A stretch of DNA of 64,000 nt, taken from assembly GCA_964016885.1 (NCBI GenBank), contig OZ024742.1, positions 103,974,001 through 104,038,000 on the forward strand, in the 5' to 3' direction. This DNA comes from Eledone cirrhosa. Lineage: Eukaryota. This document shows positions 1-12,122 of this stretch, one piece after another (position 1 is the stretch's first letter; the number at the start of each line of letters is the position of its first letter). A program made the translations under genes and the position numbers. The notes below the pieces were generated by a model. That model had not been told where the DNA came from, searched no databases, and saw only the letters and a list, made by a program, of their open reading frames with translations.

Positions 1-589
1 TTTACTGATGGTAATTTTGTCCTAGCACCCAATGAAAAGCCAGCTTTGAAGTGGCTCCTTTACTATACAGTGATAGTCATAACTAGACCCTAAAACCTAG
101 GGTTGTGCATACATGTTAAGTGTATAAAATTTTAAATATACTCTATATAAGTTGTAAATAAGAACAGTCATTGACTGACTTCTCCATCATTTCACAACCA
201 TTCATATTTACAAGCTTCCAAATTTTTTCGCCATGTTACATGGCCTATTCAGACATTTTGTTTACCCTATTTCATATCTCCTATTATAAGTTCAGTTAAG
301 GATCTAATACAATTACCTCACTCTATCTCCCTCCCTCCAATCCCCTCATAAACCAATCAAACCATAGCAATACATATACCTTGACTCAGTTTGTAAAAAT
401 AACTACTACTACTACTATCATTCCTATTCTTCTTGGAGATTTTTGTGTTTATTACGGATGGACTACAATGATAGAACAACCCAAAATATGAATATGAATC
501 CAGGTGTTCCCAGGTCACTGTCTTTATAGATACAGAAATCAAGCACCCACTGCCGCAAGCATCCAACCTCATCTTCCTTCTCTGCCTCT

Positions 590-1400
590 TATAGCAAACT
601 TCTAAACTTCAGGAGTGGTACCATCAATGTGAGCACAATTAAAGGAAGATCAGGAGAGATTCTAGAGATGCTAGAGCGAAAGAAAATTGATGTATGTTGT
701 GTGAAAGATGGAGAGGAGATGAGAGTCAGCTAGTCTCCTTGTTGGTAAAAAACAGTGCTACACATTTTTCTGGGTGGGCAATGACAACGGGCTGGAGGAA
801 GTAGGTATTTTATTAGCTGAAAAATTGATAGATAAAGTAATCTCAGTAATTCGAGTGAACAAGAGAATCATTAAACTTAAACTACTCCTAAATAGAACAA
901 TGGCTACCATTATATCTGCATATGCACCTCAATCTGGGTTGTCAGACAAACTAAAAGAAAGATAGGTTTTATGAATCCCTAATGCACACTACTACCTTAA
1001 AGAATGACAGTGATTTCCTAATAATTGCAGGGGGCTTTATGGACATGTTGAACAACACAGTCATGGTTTCTACAGAGTTCATGGAGGTTACAGGTTTGCT
1101 GTGAGAAACGAAGAAGGTTTCAGGCTTCTAGAATTCTGTGATGTCAATGATCTATCTCTATGCAACACAAACTTCAAAAAGTCTAACAACCACCTGATCA
1201 TCTATAGATTTGGTGAGCATTCTAGTCAGATAGACTTTATCCTTACCAGAGGATGAAATAGAGTGACGGTTGTTAACACAAAATCTTTTGCTGGTGAGGA
1301 GTGTACCTACCAAACATATACTAGTAGTTAGCAACTTCGCTGTTTGGGCTAGACAAACATGCAGACGGAAGGCAACCTGGAGAACTTGCTGCATAACTAT
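590..1400 (+). mobile_element. Degenerate RTE-clade LINE, 5' part (APE endonuclease)
   Basis: Frameshifted translation gives GTIN, FWVGND, IISAYAPQSG, LLEFCD; homologous to the copies at 12108 and 61009. Confidence 0.9.
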
Positions 1401-1654
1401 GGAAGCATCTTCATCTTGTTGAGTCAAACAAAGCCGTACGTTAAAATTATCCACAACGCAGAGTACTCTCAACATCTAACTGGATTACCTATAACGATAA
1501 CTTATCCCATATATATTCTTTTGTAACTGTTTACCTTCGTCCTATTTCTCTTCTTTGATATATATATGTTCAGCGATTCTTTCCTGAGACATTCTAACCT
1601 CATGTCCATAGCATCGGAACTGTGATCTCTCAATTCGGAGAATAAACTTATACT

Positions 1655-1742
<88 letters not shown>

Positions 1743-2399
1743 TATATATAATAGAAAACAACGAGGAAATTTCGTTTACATATGAAAAATGATTCATCAC
1801 ATAATTATCTCCCTTCATACCGTCGAGTTTATTGTTTACAACACAAGGGAGGTAATTCGCAAAAAACATCGTTACTAGATTTTTTTTTTTGAGATTATTT
1901 TTAATTTCTAAATATGTCTTCTATTCAAAACAATAAGGTCTGATGCGTAATTACTGGCGTAAAAAATTTAATTATATTTTCATGTGTATTCTCTAACCGT
2001 GTCATTTGAAAAAATCAACAATAAACAAACAAAAATGTATGTAGATGAGCCACCGAGTGAGCTTCTATGCCGATGGATGTTCGACCGGCCATAAATAGTA
2101 ATAAAAACATTTTCCAAAGCACACCGCACTGTTGTTTTAAATGTAAAAGTACAGGAATGATCGATAAACTCTTTTTTTCAGCTTCTGGCTTTCGAGACGT
2201 TTGCGGAGGCTGGGCCGTTGACAATGAGGTTTTTGGCGTCTTGCCTCACCGGCGAATCAGATGATGCTCTGCTCGCGAGGGTACTTGATTATTCATGTAT
2301 CTTAGCCTCAGAAGGTATTACAGGGAAACTCTTTCGTTTCTTGTTGAGACATGCAATTGAGTGTACATTGTTTCTTCCATTCTTCCCCCTCTTTTATAT

Positions 2400-3300
2400 T
2401 CTTCTTCTTCTTTCTGAGAGGGTCGCGGAGGCAGCAGTGTCCTCAAACACATCTTCCAGCGATTCTGTCAAAAGCAACTGTCTCCAACTGATCCAGCTGG
2501 ATCCCCAAGGGAGCCCAGCTTATGTATGTTATCCAACCATCTTGCTCGCGGTAATGGCCAGCGACACACGTTTCAACAGCCACCCCACCTCGCAATGCTC
2601 CTCCTCAGACAGGCTGATATCGAGCCGATTTTACGGAGCTGCTCAGCTGTCTGGGGTCCGAGGATTCCCGAGGTCTCCACGGCGACCGGTGCAAGGAAGA
2701 AGCGATCGGACAAGCTCCGGTACTTGCTTGTCTTCTTGTCCTTTGCATTGCGAGCCACGGTACCAGGTTTAATGGCCGAGGTGATTAAGAACGTGTAACG
2801 GCATGTCGTGTCCCAGATGAGGGATTTACCTCCTTCGAAAGGAAAGAGGGTAATTCCGTCGGGGTGCTTGCCGTCACCATGGTCGAAGTCTAATGGTTCC
2901 AGTTGTGACGAGAAGTCGGTTGCGTCAAGGCTCTTTCTCATTATGACGTTGAGAGTGGAATGTCTGGGGAACTGGCATGCACTCTGGCGTCATGATAAAG
3001 GGTACAGGTCGAACTCATCGACGACAACTCTTCAGCGGTATTTATGTGGCTCACACACGCGGAGGCTGAGGCGTTAAGACAACTACAATGCGAGTACACT
3101 CGTCGTCAAGAAGGGTACTGGTTGATGAACAACATGCCACTGTTTGACTGCGAGGTGGAACGGAAGCAGGTGAAGCAGTGTTGGTTCAAGCCAGATTTCA
3201 TCCGCCTGAAGGTAGACTTGCATTTGATTTCGTCCCAGTTTGACATTTGTATACAGAGGGACGGAAAGGCCGTCGCTCGTCCAGTCGGCCAGAACCTACT
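2400..3300 (-). mobile_element. Non-LTR retrotransposon relic, restriction-like endonuclease C-terminus (CRE-like)
   Basis: Minus ORF 2573-2941 has DGKHPDGITLFPFEGGKSLIWDTTC and PVAVETSG (PD..D RLE motif), followed by a (GAA)n-like tail near 2400. Confidence 0.75.
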
Positions 3301-3388
3301 TAGGTCACGTCAGATCCTGCCATCTTACTGAGTACTTCGCCGAAGAGTGTGACTGGATGTTATGTTTACAATTAAACGTTATTTCGTA

Positions 3389-3391
<3 letters not shown>

Positions 3392-3442
<51 letters not shown>

Positions 3443-3449
3443 TGTGTGT
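3392..3449. repeat. (GA)n/(GT)n microsatellite
   Basis: Read directly from the sequence. Confidence 0.95.
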
Positions 3450-3526
3450 AGGTGTATATATACAAGATAATTGCGTCAGTAGGCAGTATGCCGGGTGAGT
3501 AGTCGATGCTGTCGCAGAGAAGGTTA

Positions 3527-4255
3527 TGTAGCAAGAGTTGCCTCCCTTGTTGTGACGATCACATCACCAGTAGAGTAACGCTCTCTAGACAAGAAGTAAC
3601 TGGAGTTACTTCCCGTTGTGGTTGTCCTTCCGTCCAGGGGCCCCTATAAAGGAGAGAACTTTCAGCTCTCTCACTCTCTTCTAACTAGCCTGGCCCTTCG
3701 GCCAGGCCCGTTCGCCGAGTCTTTACTTTCTGGCAACCCTAACATGGTCTCTTGCGAGCTCACTTCAAAACGGTAACAAATAACTTTACTTCATTCTTTC
3801 ATCTACTCTTGACATGGCAGCAATTCTGCACTACATAACTTCAACTTGTTAATTAAACTTTATACACACAACCTAGTGTCTTGTTATATTCATACACACC
3901 AGTACACTGTTATAAGTGGACACTAGGTTGTGTGTATAAAGTTTAATTAACAAGTTGAAGTTATGTAGTGCAGAATTGTTGACATGTCAAGAGTAGATGA
4001 AAGAATGAAATAAAGTTATTTGTTACCGTTTTGAAGTGAGCTCGCAAGAGACCATGTTAGGGTTGCCAGAGAGTAGAGACTCGGCGAACGGGCCAGGCTA
4101 GTTAGAAGAGAGTGAGAGAGCTGAAAGTTCTCTCCTTTATAGGGGTCCCTGGACGGAAGGGCAACCACAACGGCAAGTAACTCCAGCTACTTCCTGTCTA
4201 GAGAGCGTTACTCTACTAGTGATGTGATCGTCACAACAAGGGAGGCAACTCTTGC
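3527..4255. mobile_element. LTR (3527-3914) followed by an inverted copy of itself (fold-back)
   Basis: Starts TGTAGCA, has internal TATAAA, ends CTGTTATA followed by AGTGG (PBS-like start). Arm 3531-3880 is the reverse complement of 3919-4255. Related to the LTR at 12200. Confidence 0.8.
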
Positions 4256-4356
4256 AAGGCACACAGAATCATTGTTGCATCATAATATTAAATATGTTAT
4301 GATGCAATACTAATTCTTTGTTCCTTTATTCTTATACTATATATATATATATATAT

Positions 4357-4639
4357 CAAGGGCGAAGGGTCCGTGCATGCAACGCATCCACTGCATGCGT
4401 TATAGAATCTTGAGTTGATCAATTGCGTCGGTTGAAGCAAGCAGAATTTTGGCTGCTTGCTAAATCGTAGACACATAAAAAGTTAACACACACACACACA
4501 CTAGATAACACTAAATGCGGCTTTGACCGGGAGGGTCATTTAGAGGGAATGGGGGGGGGGGGGGGGTAAGGCTGCACAGCCCGACTTTCCGCCATGGCGA
4601 TTAGACTGCATGCCCTGCTTTCCAGGTTACTCTTCGCCA

Positions 4640-4642
<3 letters not shown>
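4357..4642. mobile_element. MITE with hAT-like TIRs inside a (TA)n tract
   Basis: Left end CAAGGGCGAAGGGT versus reverse complement of right end CAGTGGCGAAGAGT. Confidence 0.6.
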
Positions 4643-4697
<55 letters not shown>

Positions 4698-4731
4698 ATT
4701 TGCAACAACACAGTACGCCATTATTCATTCC

Positions 4732-4770
<39 letters not shown>

Positions 4771-5239
4771 AACAGTTTCTTTAATAACAGGTATAAATCG
4801 ACGTTGTAGCAGATACTAATCGAAGTGTTCGAGGCAGTCACAATGACGCGAAGCGTTAATACATTTTCGTCCAGAGTAAACACAAAGTTAAGAATGTTTT
4901 CCTCCATAAAATTAGAAGGAGTATATCCCGTTTAAGGAAGGTACCCTTTGAGGTTGAGCGGTTAATGCAGCGGGTGTCGATGATATACTCGCTCAATGCC
5001 TTCGCCAGTGTGTCCGCGGAGCGCATTTTAGATATACTACCTATACAGGGTTGTAGAATCTACCACACTTCCCCCACTTCTCTTACTTTTGCATTTTAAT
5101 TGTTCTCTTTTTTATTGCAAACATTATACAGAACCTCGCAGTGCGAGTGCCCTATTGTACAAATAATTTGCTGTATGAATCGAGGTTCGTGCGAAGTTTT
5201 GTCTTGTAGTATGAGTGGAATACCGCAGTACAGTGGAAA

Positions 5240-6000
5240 TCCGAAGTCTTCTTGTGAACGTGATCTAGGCATTACTGTCAGCAACGATTTGCATTGGACA
5301 AAGCACATCTCTAAAATTGTCAAGAAGGCAATTGTCATCAATCAGAAAGACCTTTGTCAATCGATCTCCAGCTATCTGTTTAAAGCTGTATATGGCTATG
5401 GTGCGACCACACTTAGAATTTGCATCACCAGTCTGGAACCGTTATCTTGCTCAGAACATTAACCTCCTGCAAACTGTTCAGAGACGTGCAACCAAGCGAA
5501 TACCCTCCATCAGGCATCTACCATACTCTGAACGCCTTGCTTCCCTGAGCATAGATATAGGATATAGTGAAGCTCCAACGTCTGGCATCTGACTTGGTAA
5601 ACACCCACAAAATTATTAATCATCTTGCCAACAACCCTGAGCACCTTTTTGAATTCCATGTGTCTAATACACGTGGCCATGCCTACAAAGTCAGAAAACA
5701 GCACAGCTCCCGTAATTTTCGGAAACATTTTTTCACGCTCAGAGTTGCTGAAGCATGGAACAAACTACCTGCATTAGCTATTAGCTGCTGAGACACTGCA
5801 TCCTTTAAAACCTTCATGCTTCCTGAAATTCGCCAACACTACACCTGATATTCTCCATCCATACACGTGCACACATGTATATCATGACTCATACACTGTT
5901 CAATTTCCTGACATTTGTACATTATTCTGTGTACTATACATGCACATTTTATGAGTTGTAGTGCACCTGAGCACTGTACACAATAATTTCATTATGATTA
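5240..6000 (+). mobile_element. CR1-group LINE 3' fragment
   Basis: ERDLGITVSNDLHW, LYMAMVRPHLEFASPVW, QRRATK, FFTLRVAEAWNKLP. The 3' UTR recurs inverted at ~40110-40400. Confidence 0.85.
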
Positions 6001-7029
6001 CAGGCGAGTTTCATACAATTAATAAAACCAGTTTACATGTTTCTTTTGCATTCTCTTTTATTATGTTTTTATATTGTTATTTCCCTTGTAACTGCATCTT
6101 TTCTGTTTTAATATCCATAAAAAATGATTTTTGGGTGGTTTGGGGAGACTGGTACGGATTATTTATATTTTAATTTATTTCAATGGGGAACATTGATTTG
6201 TAAAACAAGTAAATCGTAAAACGAGCCTGGTCATGGAACGAATTAAACCTCGTACTACGAGGTATCACCGTATAATCTACTTGAAATTTGTTGAATAAGA
6301 AAATGTCTTTCCTTTCGGTGACAGTTACTTGAGGCAAGGTTTCTTCTGCTATCCAACACTCCTGAGAGTTTCTTACCACAGTTATAATTTAAACATTTCA
6401 ATTTAAGAATTACCCCCCTTGACTTTTTATCTTGAATTATCTCCCTTATATTTTCTGATATTTAAAGCAACAATATGTACTAATAATGATAAAAAAGGAA
6501 GGTTAAGAGACAACACGTCTGTAGGCCAAAGGCTGGAGTGTGTCGGTGAACAACTTAATGCTAATTATTCAAATGTCCTTTTGGTTGGTGTATAGGATGT
6601 CTGAGGCGGCGAATTGGCAGAGTTGATAATATGTTAGATAGAATGTTTTGCAGTATTCATTCCGACTCTCTGTGCTCAAATCTCGACGAGGACAACTTTA
6701 CCTTTAATCCTTTCGAGGTCGATAAAAAAACGTTTCTCTCCTATACTACTATTGATTCTCTCTCTCTGTCTCTCTCTCTCTCTCTGGAAGAAGTCGGATG
6801 TGTTCAAACCTGTATAGAAAATGAATTTTGCTAGGTTTAAAATGCCCCAAACATCCCAACGTCTCCATCAGGAATTACGGTCTATACAAACATAGATTAT
6901 TCTGTCATTAAACCTTGTGCTGGATTTAGGACAAATGAGGCCCTGAAGGAGGTAATTTTTTTTTGGTAGGAAGATGCTCCCCATCTCTGGCCAACGGAAC
7001 GCTGTGTTTAAGCACACCTAAGCACAATG

Positions 7030-8440
7030 GTAAATCTGGCTTTGTTTTTTCTACTCAAGGAATATGAAGAATACATAATTGGCTCACAGGAGGACAAGAA
7101 TACAAATCTAATCCATAACTTCTTTGTGGATCACTCTATGCCAAGAACATAAATGGGATGAAGAAAAACCTTGACCTGGTTACGACATTCTCGAAAGATA
7201 TAGGAATGGAGTTTGGCCAGGATAAAGGTTCATATATATGGCTGTAAAGCGAGGAAAAAATACAAGCCAATCTAGCAACATTTGTATCAATGGCCTAACT
7301 GTTTCACCGATATCTGATGAAGAGTGCTACAGATACCTGGGGATAGATGAGAATATATCCTATGATGGTATTTGTAACAAGGAACACGTAACCAGAGAAT
7401 ATTACACCCAATTAAGAAAAATATGGTCATCTGAAATCTCTGCACACAATAAAACACTGGCTCATGATGTGTTTCTGTGCCTGTCCTAACACCAACATTC
7501 AGAGTACTCGATTGGATGATAGATGAAATCCAAGCTATCAATGTTAAAACCTGAAAAATCTTAAACAACACCGGAAATGTTCACATCAGTAGACTGCCTC
7601 TACCTGAAATGTAAACAGGAAGGCAGAGGCTTAACATCAATCTAGACAGCATTTGAGTGTTGCATCATATCGCTCCTACAACATCTACAAAATACCAAGT
7701 GTAGGAGCCCATCTACAGAGCAAGTTTGTCTGCATGAGACAGATAAGATCATGAGAGTTGGGAAGGAGCTCCTTGAAGAATACTCCCTGCATGATAATTA
7801 AAAACTCACAACCAGGGAAATTGCCCAGCAAAACTGCAGTGAATCCATGGATGAAAAACTGCATGCTTATCAGCAAAAAGTCATGCATGGATATGTTGCC
7901 AGGAAGCTCCAAAGTGAGAGTAATATAGATAAGTAAACTAGTCTATCTTGGACCAACAATCACTGTAGGATATGCTTTTGCAATCCGAGAACAGGAAATC
8001 AATACAAAATACCTGATTCTCAAAAGAGATAGGGATACAGGCAAAATACCTAGGTGTGACAACAAATGCAGACTGTCCAAAGATGTCATCATGGTACTAT
8101 CTACCCATGAGGCATGATGTAGTGGCCAAAACACTATACAATGCAATCTGTAGAAAAGATAACCCCGACAATAAACATATTAAAAGTAACAGCGATGTGG
8201 AAGACATATAATATGAAAGAGTACTGATGGAATGTTACAGTTAAAACCCCAGTAAAATGCAAGCATAACAGACCAGATATCGTAATATGGGACAGTAGTG
8301 GAAGTCAGCTACCCAGCAGATGCAAATATGATGTTAAAGATTAGGAAAAAGAGAACATCTATGCAGAACTAATGAGGAATCTGCAGATACTCCACACTGA
8401 CTATACCTTCAGATTTATACCTGTGATCATTGGAACAAGA
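7030..8440 (+). mobile_element. Decayed non-LTR element with RT and RLE (R4/Dong-like)
   Basis: Fragments YRYLGIDE, GGRGL, AIREQEI, KCRL, HNRPDIVIWD across many stops and frameshifts. Confidence 0.7.
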
Positions 8441-8866
8441 AATAGAATTAGCTGTATACATATTTCTTGTTCAGGCCAAGTCAGCTTACAGTTCCACAGG
8501 CAAATAAGGCTAATCAGCACATGTATGCAGTCAATAGGCGTCAAAACTAAATGTTTCTGCCTATATTGAGTTGCAGCAGAAAACGAGGTACAGGGGAACA
8601 TTACTTTGATAACGATGATCAGTCAGAAATGGCCGTTGGTAATTTCCCCCTTGCATCTGCTGGAACTCCACCAGCTTCCAAAATTCATAGTTATAGGCTT
8701 TGAAATGTTTATTCATAAACATACTGTATATCATTCGATATACAAAATACACACACATATATACATATATACATACATACATCCTTGGTAGCGTGGAAAA
8801 TAGACATTAAATAACTCATATACATATACATACTCATATACATATACATATACATACACACACACA

Positions 8867-8925
<59 letters not shown>

Positions 8926-9172
8926 GGAAAAAATGAAACGAAATTTCATTTCTCACTCTTAATACGGCTGTTACTTAAATATAAGTATGTATACGTACAT
9001 ACATATATGTATACAGACGTACAGTAGTATGTATATATATATACATACATGCACACATATGGATTCACTGCACATTTATTATAATGCTCGGTGTGTTTGT
9101 AAACAAACATCCCGTATTAAGCCGTAGTGTCTAGCAACCATCGTTGCTCATTTGTTCAACACTGACAAAGGA

Positions 9173-9215
9173 ACGCTGTACTAGTTTCAAGCTTATTAGC
9201 TATCGTCAGCAACGT
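9173..9215 (-). ncRNA. Minimal type I hammerhead ribozyme
   Basis: Reverse complement reads ACGUUG-CUGACGA-U AGCU AAUA AGCU U-GAAAC UA GUA-CAGCGU. Confidence 0.75.
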
Positions 9216-9472
9216 ATACCTTCCTGCCAGATGATTGAACGTCTGAAAGTATATACTTTCCTTATGCATATTAACGGCTGAGCAGCCTAATTTGCATATC
9301 GAGTGAGTTAATCGGCCGGGGTACCGAACACGATAAACGGAAAAAATGAAACGAAATTTCATTTCTCACTCTTAGTACGGCTGTTACTTAAATATAAGTA
9401 TGTATACGTACATACATATATGTATACAGACGTATATACTTCCAGACGTTCAATCATCTGGCAGGAAGGTAT

Positions 9473-9515
9473 ACGTTGCTGACGATAGCTAATAAGCTTG
9501 AAACTAGTACAGCGT
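9473..9515 (+). ncRNA. Minimal type I hammerhead ribozyme
   Basis: Stem I ACGUUG/CAGCGU, core CUGACGA...GAAA, stem II AGCU/AGCU, palindromic stem III ACUAGU, predicted cleavage after GUA (9509). Confidence 0.78.
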
Positions 9516-9901
9516 TCCTTTGTCAGTGTTGAACAAATGAGCAACGATGGTTGCTAGACACTGTACGGCTTAATTCGGGATGTTTGTTTACAAACACACC
9601 GAGCATTATAATAAATGTTCGATGAATCCATACGTACATATATATATATGTGCATGTATGTATATATATATACATACTACTGTACGTCTGTATACATATA
9701 TGTATGTACGTATACATACTTATATTTAAGTAACAGCCGTACTAAGAGTGAGAAATGAAATTTCGTTTCATTTTTTCCGTTTATCGTTTTCGGTACCCTG
9801 GCCGATTAACTCACTCGATATGCAAATTAGGCTGCCCAGCCGTTAATATGCATAAGGAAAGTATATACTTTCAGACGTTCAATCATCTGGCAGGAAGGTA
9901 T

Positions 9902-9944
9902 ACGTTGCTGACGATAGCTAATAAGCTTGAAACTAGTACAGCGT
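9902..9944 (+). ncRNA. Minimal type I hammerhead ribozyme
   Basis: Identical motif 429 bp downstream of the 9473 copy. Confidence 0.78.
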
Positions 9945-10145
9945 TCCTTTGTCAGTGTTGAACAAATGAGCAACGATGGTTGCTAGACACTGTACGGCTT
10001 AATTCGGGATGTTTGTTTACAAACACACCGGGCATTATAATAAATGTTCGGCGAATCCATACGCACATATATATATGTGTGCATGTATGTATATATATAT
10101 ACATACTACTGTACGTCTGTATACATATATGTATGAACGTATACA

Positions 10146-10192
<47 letters not shown>

Positions 10193-10233
10193 AAATAAAT
10201 AATTCAAATGTTTAAAATTTGGCTTCGTTTATT

Positions 10234-10288
10234 ATTGCTATATATATTTCGGTGACAGCCATCTTTGGCTGTGACCTCTTCAGGCAGT
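10234..10288 (-). ncRNA. Type I hammerhead ribozyme (different family)
   Basis: Reverse complement ACUGC-CUGAAGA-GGUCACAGCCA AAGA UGGCUGUCACC-GAAAU AUAU AUA-GCAAU, then AAUAAA. Confidence 0.65.
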
Positions 10289-10426
10289 CCGAATTAGTGT
10301 GGTAGAGACGAGTACACATGTTGTTGAGGTGTTTAACTTTGTCAATACTCTGATATGCCCAGTTCCTGGTTGGGTTGTTATTTCACTGAGGAACTGGAAT
10401 CATATAAAAAAATATATATATATATA

Positions 10427-10660
10427 TCATCATCGTCCTTTTTTAACGTCCATTTTCCACGCTAGCATGGGTTAGATGGGTTGTCCCATTTGAGGCAAGT
10501 TGGGTAAGGTGATCGTGTCTTACTCATATAGAACTCTTTCTGGGTAGGTTTGTTTCTACAGCTGGATGCCCTTCCTAACACCAACCACATTTACAGTGTG
10601 TGCTGAGTGCTTTTTGTTATGACTCCTACACAACCACTTTACATTGAGGGCTAGATATAT
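10427..10660 (-). mobile_element. RTE LINE 3' UTR fragment
   Basis: (CAT)n tail and CAGCTGGATGCCCTTCCTAACACCAACC, the reverse complement of the 3' UTR at ~15730-15890. Confidence 0.8.
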
Positions 10661-10735
10661 TTTGTTCATAGTTTAAGGGTGATGTGCAAGGGTGGGTTAT
10701 AGTGGTTAAGAGCTATTTACTAGACGTATATTTCA

Positions 10736-10779
<44 letters not shown>

Positions 10780-10783
<4 letters not shown>

Positions 10784-11196
10784 AAAAGAAGTCGAAAAAT
10801 GCAACTGGAGTCTTTTTAAGAATATTTAGTTGTTTCCTTTACCAGTTTCACAGTTGTTATGCTTTTCAAAAGTAAAATTGAGATGGAGGGTTTGTGGTTG
10901 CAAGACAAACAAAAAACCCTCCATCTCAATTTTACTTTTGAAAAGCATAAGAATTGTGAAACCGGTAAAGGAAATAAATAAATATTCTTAAAAAGACTCC
11001 AGTTGCATTTTCGACTTCTTTTCCTTATACTTTCACCCGTGTAGGACATCTTGTTTTTTTCTTTTTCTTTTGATTTTTTTTATAAAAAAAATCTCATTTT
11101 CTTATCTATATATATAAGGAAAAGGAGTCGAAAATGCAACTGGAGTCTTTATAAGAATATTTATTTATTTCCTTTACCAGTTTCACAGTTCTTATG

Positions 11197-11200
<4 letters not shown>
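10780..11200. repeat. Inverted plus direct repeat element with degenerate hammerhead core (pLTR-like)
   Basis: ~10780-10894 is inverted at ~10914-11028, with a third partial copy at ~11116-11200; flanked by (TA)n. Confidence 0.7.
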
Positions 11201-11247
<47 letters not shown>

Positions 11248-12122
11248 AATTCCTTAATTCTATCGTATTTTCAAAACAAAACAAAATCCTTCTTCTTCTT
11301 ATAAATTCTTTTAAATATATTTGTTACTTCGAGGACCGTACCTAAACTCTAAATTCCCGCTCCTACTATCTTCTCCCCTCCCCTACTTCATGAGGGTTCG
11401 CGGTCAGACACCCCATTCTACATCATGCGGCCAAACCTACCCCCCCCCCATCTCTCTCTCTCTATCTATATATATAAGATAAACCCTTCAAGTAAATCAC
11501 ATTCGCCAAATTCATCGCTGCTTTCTTCACGGTATATCATGTAACGTAATGTACACATTTTGCTACCATTTCCACACTCCACTCGTATCCATAGTCCAAC
11601 CCTCCGACAATTCTATAGCATTTTCTCTTCCCCGAATCCAATCTTGCCTAATCCTCCTGTAGTTTTGTCGTATTTTCCAAAACAAATCTGTATTTTTTGT
11701 TATTGCTTGTTAAATACGAGGTTTTTGTCGTGTTATACAAAACAAATCTTGTATTTTTGTTATCGCTTGTTAAATACGAGGACCTTATTCAAACCCTACC
11801 TTCTCGCTAACAACTAAACACCCCTCCCTCTCGCCCCCACGCACCACCATTATTATTACGTGGACCAATCATAAGCCAGAGGCCTATACCATCGCTTACC
11901 TGGTTGCCTTTCGATATGATGGATGGATGGACTACGGAATTCTGGAGAGTGGAAGAGAGAAAAATCTGGACGCTCAGCGACAATGCCAAAGATAAAGACA
12001 AATTCACCTCGTGGACGAGAATGCGAGCACTCCTCTTTGTTTCGGCCGCGGATGGCTAACATAACCCCATCTCCCCCCGCTCCCACCCTCCAAACGCAAT
12101 CCCAAACTTCAGAGTTGGTACC

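Larger units (their letters stand above)
8921..10147. repeat. ~429-bp tandem unit with internal inversion, bearing hammerheads (retrozyme / Penelope pLTR-like)
   Basis: 8921-9433 is ~1.2 units on the minus strand, 9434-10147 is ~1.7 units on the plus strand; (TA)n on both sides. Confidence 0.9.

Noticed and set aside
1502-1869. YIYIYI / MYVC / HTHT ORFs here and at 4536, 8731, 10684, 16282, 25031, 60667
   Set aside because: Translations of microsatellites.
11243-11500. HDV-like ribozyme in the RTE 5' UTR
   Set aside because: Known from some RTE families, but I could not build the nested double pseudoknot by eye.
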